DNA of 40,000 nucleotides from Aphanothece hegewaldii CCALA 016 (GTDB lineage Bacteria; Cyanobacteriota; Cyanobacteriia; Cyanobacteriales; Microcystaceae): NCBI RefSeq assembly GCF_003007785.1, contig NZ_PXOH01000014.1, positions 79,961 to 119,960 of the forward strand, read 5' to 3'. Shown piece by piece: positions 33,766 to 40,000 of this stretch (position 1 is its first letter; each line of letters starts with the position of its first letter). The notes under the pieces were generated by a model. It saw only the letters and a program-made list of their open reading frames with translations, ran no database searches and was not told where the DNA came from. The position numbers and the translations under genes were made by a program.

Positions 33766-35052
33766 TCAATTATCCCCAATGACATCGCGTTTTAGATAAG
33801 GTTGTAGCACTTCTGGAACTTTAACAGTACCATCATGTTGATAGTTTTCTAAAATAGCAGACATGGTACGACCAATCGCTAAACCAGAACCATTCAAAGT
33901 ATGTACAAACTGGGTTCCTTTTTTTCCTTTTTCTTTAAAACGAATACCCGCCCGTCTCGCTTGGAAATCTCTAAAATTAGAACAACTCGAAATTTCTCGA
34001 TAAGTATTTGAAGACGGTAGCCAGACTTCTAAATCGTAGCATTTCGCCGCACCAAAACCGATATCACCTGTACAGAGTTCAATTACCCGATAAGGTAATT
34101 TTAACGCTTGTAAAATAGCTTCGGCATTCTGCACTAAACTTTGATGTTCTGCTTCTGAAGTGTCAGGATGAACGATTTTTACGAGTTCTACTTTATTAAA
34201 TTGGTGCAAACGAATTAAACCTTTAGTATCTCTCCCGTAGCTTCCTGCTTCTCTACGAAAACAAGGTGTATAAGCACAATGTTTAATCGGAAGTTGTTCT
34301 AATTCTAAGATTTCATCCCGATAAAGATTGGTGACGGGAACTTCAGCAGTCGGAATTAACCATAAATCATCATCAGCACATTTGAAACTTTCTTCGGCAA
34401 ATTTGGGGAGTTGTCCAGTTCCTTGAAGCGAATTACTATTTACCAGAATTGGGGGTAAAACTTCTGTATAGCCTGCTACAGTTTGTTGATCTAACATGAA
34501 ATTAATTAAAGCACGTTCTAAAGCTGCACCTAATCCAATTAAATTTACAAAACGGCTTTGCGCGACTTTTACAGCCCGTTCAAAGTCAATAATACCTAAT
34601 TTTTCGCCGAGAGTCCAATGTGGGAGAATATTCGGGTTTGTTGGGATATATTCGTCACCCCAGCGTCGAACTTCGATGTTATCGGTTTCATCTTTACCGA
34701 TGGGTGTGGTGTCACTAGGAATATTCGGAAGTTGCAACAGAAGGGTTTCTATTTGCGCTTTAATTTCTTTTTCTTGGGGTTCTAAGTCTGCAAGTTGGGT
34801 TTTAAGGCTATTTCCTTCGTCTTTTAGGGATAGAATTTCTGTACTATTTGGTTGAGTGCCGCTTTTAATTTTTTGTCCAACGAGTTTACCAATTTCGTTA
34901 CTACGCGCTTGTAAGTGAGTTCGTTTGAGTTCTATTTCTCGTTGCTGCTGATCTAGTTCAACGATCGCGGTAAGATCATAGGCAGCATTACGACGGTTGA
35001 GGAGTTCTTGTACTTTTTCTGGATTTTCTCGAATCTGCTTAAGGTCTAACAC
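33766..35052 (-). CDS. serS: Serine--tRNA ligase
   Basis: A coiled-coil N-terminal arm is followed by class II motifs ([30 protein letters not shown]). I prefer the GTG at 35052, which gives (M)[11 protein letters not shown], the usual SerS N-terminus, and 428 aa. The track ATG at 35109 would add 19 atypical residues. Confidence 0.9.
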   Translation of the reverse strand: MLDLKQIRENPEKVQELLNRRNAAYDLTAIVELDQQQREIELKRTHLQARSNEIGKLVGQKIKSGTQPNSTEILSLKDEGNSLKTQLADLEPQEKEIKAQIETLLLQLPNIPSDTTPIGKDETDNIEVRRWGDEYIPTNPNILPHWTLGEKLGIIDFERAVKVAQSRFVNLIGLGAALERALINFMLDQQTVAGYTEVLPPILVNSNSLQGTGQLPKFAEESFKCADDDLWLIPTAEVPVTNLYRDEILELEQLPIKHCAYTPCFRREAGSYGRDTKGLIRLHQFNKVELVKIVHPDTSEAEHQSLVQNAEAILQALKLPYRVIELCTGDIGFGAAKCYDLEVWLPSSNTYREISSCSNFRDFQARRAGIRFKEKGKKGTQFVHTLNGSGLAIGRTMSAILENYQHDGTVKVPEVLQPYLKRDVIGDN

Positions 35053-35141
35053 CGATTTATCGTTCCTTGTTATTATATTCCCTTTGTTAGAATAGCCGAT
35101 TTTGCTCACACTTTTGGCATTATATTTTTAGTTTACCCGAA

Positions 35142-36671
35142 ATGAACCAAATTATCCTAACTTTTTTTGGTGGTCTTTTAATGGGGCTATCTCCTGCACC
35201 AAATTCGGTTTTTTATTTAGCATGGCTGGCTTTAATTCCACTGTGGAGCAATATCATTTTTTCTAAAAATTCTCTTAAACAAAATCTACTGTTAGGTTTA
35301 GTTTGGGGGATTGGTTTTCATGGAGTGGCGTTATTTTGGATTACGGGAATACATCCGATGACGTGGATGGGTGTTCCTTGGTTAGCCAGTCTTTTAATTG
35401 CGTTATTTTGTTGGATTTTTATTATGCTTTGGGGTGCTGTTTTAGTCGTTGTTTGGTCTTTCGGAATGACTTTTGTTAAACGATTATGTAATACTAACAC
35501 TTTCAAAGACAGTTTATTTAGGATAATTTTAGGGGTTGCTTTGTGGTGTGGTTTAGAATGGCTGTGGAGTAATACCCCGCTTTGGTGGAGTTCTCTTTCT
35601 TATACCCAAAGTCCGAATAATTTATGGATTTTGCAATTAAGCAAATTATCGGGTTTTTCTGTTATAACAGCTTCAATTGTAGCGATTAATGGTTTACTGG
35701 CAGAAAGTAATTATTATCTATCGAGAAACCGTTCTCAAAGTTATTCGTTACTCAGTTTAGCTTTATCTCTTTTGGTTTTATTACACGGTTTAGGTTTTTA
35801 TTTATTCCAACAACCCTTGAGTGATACACCCGATAAAGCGATAAAAGTTGGAATTATTCAAGGCAATATACCCAATGAAATTAAATTGTATCCTGAAGGA
35901 TTTAGAAAAGCCATAGAAGGTTATACAACAGGATATCAAAAATTAGCGAGTCAGGGTGTTGATGTGGTTCTAACTCCCGAAACTGCTTTACCTTATTTCT
36001 GGAATGATATTGTACAAAACAGTTCTTTTTATCAATCAATACTTCAAGAAAAAATTCCCGTTTGGTTAGGGGCGTTTGGAGTACAAGGAAACAATTATAC
36101 AAATAGTCTTTTTACAGTAACAGGAGATGGTGAGATTATAAGTCGTTTTGATAAAGTTAAACTTGTTCCCTTGGGGGAATATATACCATTTGAACCCATT
36201 TTCGGAAAAATAATTAATCGTTTATCGCCTTTAGATGCTCATTTAGTTTCAGGAAAAACAAATCAAATTTTTAATACACCTTTTGGACGAGCAATTGTTG
36301 GTATATGTTATGAGTCTGCATTTGCTGAACACTTTCGTAAACAAACCCAAAATGGCGGCGAATTTATCATTACTGCTGCGAATAATGCTCATTATAGTAA
36401 ATCAATGCCCGCACAACATCACGCACAAGATATAATCAGAGCAATTGAGAGCGATCGCTATATTGCTAGGGCAACAAATACGGGTTATTCGGCATTTATT
36501 GAGCCACATGGGCGAACATTTTGGATTTCAGGAATCAATCAATATCAATTACATTTTGATACAATTTATCGACGCAATACAGAAACTTTATATGTTCGTT
36601 TTGGTGATTGGTTAACCAAATTATTATTGATTTCTGGAATAGTCCTTATCGTGATTAAAAAATTTATGTAG
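35142..36671 (+). CDS. lnt: Apolipoprotein N-acyltransferase
   Basis: The 509-aa protein has a multi-TM N-terminal half and a C-terminal CN-hydrolase domain (VVLTPETALP, KVKLVPLGEYIPF, ICYESAF), which is the Lnt architecture. Confidence 0.88.
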   Translation: MNQIILTFFGGLLMGLSPAPNSVFYLAWLALIPLWSNIIFSKNSLKQNLLLGLVWGIGFHGVALFWITGIHPMTWMGVPWLASLLIALFCWIFIMLWGAVLVVVWSFGMTFVKRLCNTNTFKDSLFRIILGVALWCGLEWLWSNTPLWWSSLSYTQSPNNLWILQLSKLSGFSVITASIVAINGLLAESNYYLSRNRSQSYSLLSLALSLLVLLHGLGFYLFQQPLSDTPDKAIKVGIIQGNIPNEIKLYPEGFRKAIEGYTTGYQKLASQGVDVVLTPETALPYFWNDIVQNSSFYQSILQEKIPVWLGAFGVQGNNYTNSLFTVTGDGEIISRFDKVKLVPLGEYIPFEPIFGKIINRLSPLDAHLVSGKTNQIFNTPFGRAIVGICYESAFAEHFRKQTQNGGEFIITAANNAHYSKSMPAQHHAQDIIRAIESDRYIARATNTGYSAFIEPHGRTFWISGINQYQLHFDTIYRRNTETLYVRFGDWLTKLLLISGIVLIVIKKFM

Positions 36672-36727
36672 GAGCTTGGTAGCCAATCCGTAATCTAAAA
36701 GGTTTGTCGATTATATTTGATGAGAGA

Positions 36728-36752
36728 GGGTTTGGAGACAAAGCCCCTACAT
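36728..36752. repeat. Dispersed palindromic repeat, copy 5 (degenerate: GGGTTTGGAGACAAAGCCCCTACAT)
   Basis: It has the same flanks and order as copies 1 and 4, with a 1-nt deletion and substitutions that break the stem. It lies 57 nt downstream of the lnt stop. Confidence 0.75.
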
Positions 36753-37051
36753 TTAATCTTTAACTCATATACAGGAAAAATGCTATATAAATTAATAAAA
36801 ATTTGCTTTATGTAAAAGTTAATTTAATGTTGAAATTATAAAGATTTAATAAAGATTTGGCTTTAACCTAAAATGTGACTTTTTTGGGAACTTATACGGA
36901 TGACAAAATAGAAGACTAGATAATATATTAATTACACTACAGTTTCGTAGTAATAGAGAGCAAAACAAACAACTATCACAAGTTAAAAAACTTAATCAAG
37001 TTTGTCTTGCTTACGACATTAAAGTTAACGAACTAAAAAAGGTGTAAAACA

Positions 37052-40000
37052 ATGCCGACTTTCACAGGTAATAATTCTAATAATTCATTAACAGGAACAA
37101 ATGAAGACGATATAATTCAAGGCTTAGGCGGTAGTGATACGCTTTCAGGATTAGACGGAAATGATAGTATTGATGGCGGTACTGGTAATGATACGATTAA
37201 TGCAGGTTTAGGAGAGGATACAGTTGATGGAGGAGATGGCAGCGACCTACTAATTCTAGATTATTCTAGTAATACTTATACAGGAACAACGCCACCATCT
37301 GGTATTGATACCTATATTTACAGTAATGGTGCAGGTGGTTTCAACGGTTATTACTACGCTTACTATAATACTAGCTACAATTTGGATTCAGTAGACTTTT
37401 TCAACATCGAGCGCTTTTCGATTACGGGAACAGTTGCTAATGATAAAATCACCACAGGGGATGGAAATGATACGATTAATGGCGGTGATGGAGATGATAC
37501 CCTTAATGGCGGTGCAGGGAACAACGTTATTAATGGAGGAAATGGAACCGATATTCTCATTGAAGCCAATTTTAGCGTAGCAACCACCAATTTAAACATT
37601 AATGATCTTGGCACAACATCGATTAATATCGCAAGTGGTCCCCGTGTCAGCAATGTTGAAAACTTCACTAACTTAACGACTGGTAGTGGCAATGATACGA
37701 TTAATTTTACTCAACGTTTTAATAACAATATTATTACAGGTTTAGGAAATGACAGAATTAACGCAGGGTTAGGAAATGATACAGTTGATGGAGGAGACGG
37801 AAGCGACATATTAACTTTAGATTATTCTAGTAATACTTACACGGAAACAAACCCATTATCAGGTATAGACACCAATATTTATAGCAACGGTGCAGGAGGA
37901 TTTAACGGAGCATACGGCGCATACTACGATAGTATTTACAATTATGATTCAGTCAATTTTTCTAACATCGAACGCTTTTCGATTACGGGAACATCAGCTA
38001 ATGATAAAATTACGACAGGGGATGACAACGATACAATTAATGGCGGTGCAGGAAATGATACCATTAATGCTGGTTTAGGAATTAGTGTTATCGATGGAGG
38101 AAGTGGAAACGATATTCTCGTTGACGCTAATTTTAGTACAGCGACTACAGCATTAAGTATTAATGATCTAGGCACAAGCGTAATTACGTTGGGTAATGGA
38201 ACCAGTGTAGCAAATATTGAATTGTTCACTAACCTGATGACAGGTAATAAGAATGACACCATTAACTTTAGCCAACGCTTCAATAACAATATCAACACGG
38301 GTATTGGGAATGACACCATTAACACAGGGAATGGAAATGATAACGTCGATGGTGGAGACGGAAGCGACTTATTAATTGTCGATTATTCTAGTAATACATA
38401 TACGGGAACATTTCCGCAAGCTGGTATCGGCACTTCTATTTCTAGCAATGGTGCAGGAGGGTTCAACGGTTATTACTCCGCATACTACAATACTATTTAT
38501 AACTCTGATTCAGTTAACTTTTCTAATATCGAGCGCTTCTCTATTACTGGTACACTTGCCAAGGATAATATTAGTACAGGAGATGGCAACGATACGATTA
38601 ATGGTGGTGCGGGAAATGATACGATTAATGGTGGGGCTGGTATCAATGTTATCGATGGTGGAACTGGAATTGATATCCTAGTTGATGCTAACTTTGGTAC
38701 GGCTAATGTTGCATTAAATATTAATGATACAGGTGCAACGGTAATAACTTTGAGCAATGGAACAAGTGTATCAAATATTGAATACTTCACCAACCTAACC
38801 ACTGGTAATAAGAATGATACCATTAGCTTTACCCAAAGCTTCAATAATAATATCAATACGGGTCTTGGGAATGACACCATTAACGCAGGAAATGGAAATG
38901 ATACCGTTGATGGAGGTGATGGCAATGATGTATTAATTGTCAACTATTCTAGCAATCTTTATCAGGGAACCTCACCACAAGCTGGCATTAATACTTCTAT
39001 TTCTAGCAATGGTGCAGGAGGGTTCAACGGTTATTACTACGCCCACTATAATACTAGCAACTCTAATTCAGTTAATTTTTCTAATATCGAGCGCTTCTCT
39101 ATTACCGGTACAGTCGCCAAGGATAATATCAGTACTGGGGATGGTAACGATACAATATCTAGTGGCGCTGGAAATGATACCATTACAGCCGGTTTAGGAA
39201 TTAACATCATTGATGGTGGAACTGGAACAGATATACTGATCGATGCTAATTTTAGTGCGGCAACTACAGCATTAAGTATCAATGATACAGGCACTACCCC
39301 AATTACTCTAGCTGATGGTACAAGTATCTCAAATGTTGAATACTTCGCCAACTTAACTACAGGTAGCGCTAATGACACGATTAACTTTACCCAACGCTTT
39401 AATAATAATATCAATACGGGTCTTGGTGATGACACGATAAACTCAGGACTAGGAAGAGATACCGTTGATGGAGGAGACGGAAACGATTTACTGATTCTAG
39501 ACTATTCTAGTAATACATATACGGGAAACTCTCCACAAGCTGGCATTACCACTAATATCTATAGTAATGGTGCTGGAGGATTTAACGGTTATTACTACGC
39601 TTACTATAATAATAGCTCTGACTATGATTCAGTTGACTTTTATAACATAGAGCGCTTTTCTATCACTGGTACACAAGCCAAGGATAACATAACAACTGGT
39701 GAGGGCGACGATACCATCTCTGGTAGTGGAGGAAATGATAAAATTACCGCAGCCGGAGGAAATGATATTCTTACGGGTGGTCTTGGCAATGATACACTAT
39801 TGGGAGGAACGGGTAATGATCTCCTCACTGGTGGCGATGGAATTGATTCTCTCACCGGTGGTAGTGGACTAGATCAATTTATCTTTAATGCACCATCGGA
39901 AGGCATCGATATCATTACCGATTTTAAAGTTGTTGATGATACCATTGTTCTAAGCGCGTCAGGTTTTGCCGGTGGGTTAGCAATAGGTACACTTGCTGCA
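37052..40000 (+). CDS. Large RTX-type (hemolysin-type calcium-binding repeat) protein; 3' end lies outside the window
   Basis: I translated this by hand from the ATG at 37052, which is preceded by an in-frame TAA at 37034 and aaggtg 12 nt upstream. That gives 983 codons to position 40000 with no stop. It is dense in GGxGxD nonapeptides (GGSDTLSGLDGNDSIDGGTGNDTINAGLGEDTVDGGDGSD). The last 90 aa read GGNDILTGGLGNDTLLGGTGNDLLTGGDGIDSLTGGSGLDQFIF...DIITDF. There is no N-terminal signal peptide. It is absent from the ORF track only because it lacks a stop in the window. Confidence 0.9.
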   Translation, partial: MPTFTGNNSNNSLTGTNEDDIIQGLGGSDTLSGLDGNDSIDGGTGNDTINAGLGEDTVDGGDGSDLLILDYSSNTYTGTTPPSGIDTYIYSNGAGGFNGYYYAYYNTSYNLDSVDFFNIERFSITGTVANDKITTGDGNDTINGGDGDDTLNGGAGNNVINGGNGTDILIEANFSVATTNLNINDLGTTSINIASGPRVSNVENFTNLTTGSGNDTINFTQRFNNNIITGLGNDRINAGLGNDTVDGGDGSDILTLDYSSNTYTETNPLSGIDTNIYSNGAGGFNGAYGAYYDSIYNYDSVNFSNIERFSITGTSANDKITTGDDNDTINGGAGNDTINAGLGISVIDGGSGNDILVDANFSTATTALSINDLGTSVITLGNGTSVANIELFTNLMTGNKNDTINFSQRFNNNINTGIGNDTINTGNGNDNVDGGDGSDLLIVDYSSNTYTGTFPQAGIGTSISSNGAGGFNGYYSAYYNTIYNSDSVNFSNIERFSITGTLAKDNISTGDGNDTINGGAGNDTINGGAGINVIDGGTGIDILVDANFGTANVALNINDTGATVITLSNGTSVSNIEYFTNLTTGNKNDTISFTQSFNNNINTGLGNDTINAGNGNDTVDGGDGNDVLIVNYSSNLYQGTSPQAGINTSISSNGAGGFNGYYYAHYNTSNSNSVNFSNIERFSITGTVAKDNISTGDGNDTISSGAGNDTITAGLGINIIDGGTGTDILIDANFSAATTALSINDTGTTPITLADGTSISNVEYFANLTTGSANDTINFTQRFNNNINTGLGDDTINSGLGRDTVDGGDGNDLLILDYSSNTYTGNSPQAGITTNIYSNGAGGFNGYYYAYYNNSSDYDSVDFYNIERFSITGTQAKDNITTGEGDDTISGSGGNDKITAAGGNDILTGGLGNDTLLGGTGNDLLTGGDGIDSLTGGSGLDQFIFNAPSEGIDIITDFKVVDDTIVLSASGFAGGLAIGTLAA
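37205..39770 (+). repeat. Tandem in-frame 561-bp (187-aa) module repeat inside the RTX gene, about 4.6 copies
   Basis: The anchor g(a/c)ttattctag(t/c)aat recurs at 37259, 37820, 38381, 38942 and 39500, with spacings of 561, 561, 561 and 558 nt. All copies are in frame with 37052. Each module reads ...DGGDGSDLLILDYSSNTYTG...SNGAGGFNGYYYAYYN...DSVNFSNIERFSITGT..D.ITTGDGNDTINGG...IDGG.G.DIL.DANFS.ATT.L.INDLGT...FTNLTTG..NDTINF.QRFNNNI.TGLGNDTIN. Confidence 0.9.

Noticed and set aside
35053-35109. A 19-aa N-terminal extension of SerS from the ATG at 35109.
   Set aside because: SerS normally begins with MLD(L/I)K. An in-frame GTG sits exactly at that position (35052). The ATG start remains possible, so the 5' end is uncertain by 57 nt.
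247-36102. Short antisense or off-frame ORFs embedded in larger genes: 247..459, 2839..3060, 4351..4629, 4481..4687, 6953..7222, 7682..7888, 7714..7962, 10755..10958, 11289..11519, 11641..12003, 14316..14510, 15695..15904, 18015..18278, 22617..22805, 23969..24193, 24662..24904, 25176..25394, 26400..26585, 30508..30717, 34496..34855, 35318..35506 and 35902..36102.
   Set aside because: Each overlaps a longer ORF with clear family motifs. None shows a recognisable motif, and they are the expected shadow ORFs.
37375-39855. Eight track ORFs in the RTX region: on the minus strand 37375..37692, 37942..38325, 38497..38943, 39046..39435 and 39640..39855, and off-frame on the plus strand 37890..38078, 38376..38681 and 38937..39197.
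   Set aside because: All lie inside the 983-codon open frame starting at 37052. Their translations are low-complexity (P/S/V/L-rich or I/L/T-rich) mirror images of GGxGxD-coding DNA. The repeat anchors are in frame only with 37052.

Overview
This 40-kb window looks like a chromosomal segment from an AT-rich cyanobacterium. The HIP1 palindrome GCGATCGC recurs throughout (for example at 1982, 5049, 5510, 5666, 9905, 9998), and the gene content is typical of cyanobacteria. Housekeeping genes (hisA, pgl, pntA/pntB transhydrogenase, ndk, serS, lnt, an M50 site-2 protease) are interleaved with accessory content. Main points: (1) An expanded mycosporine-like amino acid (MAA) sunscreen gene cluster at 19.0-27.4 kb. 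Here mysA-mysB-mysC are separated from mysD by a MATE exporter, a GT4 glycosyltransferase and a PhyH-type Fe(II)/2OG dioxygenase (MysH-like). (2) A c-di-AMP (ydaO-yuaA class) riboswitch at about 1.05-1.19 kb, lying between two paralogous SLC13/ArsB-superfamily permeases, the upstream one carrying a TrkA-C/RCK_C domain. (3) A large RTX-type calcium-binding repeat protein gene (37052 to beyond 40000, + strand) that is missing from the supplied ORF track because it has no stop codon in the window. It contains five copies of an exact 561-bp (187-aa) tandem module. (4) Two toxin-antitoxin loci: an MNT/HEPN pair, and a DUF1778/GNAT (TacA/TacT-like) pair whose toxin carries an in-frame amber stop. 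(5) Several non-coding repeat families: a 26-nt palindromic repeat GGGTTTGGAGACCAAACCCCTACAAT at five gene 3' ends, two clusters of nested small hairpin repeats, and two diverged inverted copies of a 220-320-nt non-coding element flanking the ndk-to-oxidoreductase segment. I saw no rRNA, tRNA, CRISPR array or intact transposase. All protein calls rest on motif recognition by eye from the translations; no database search was possible.
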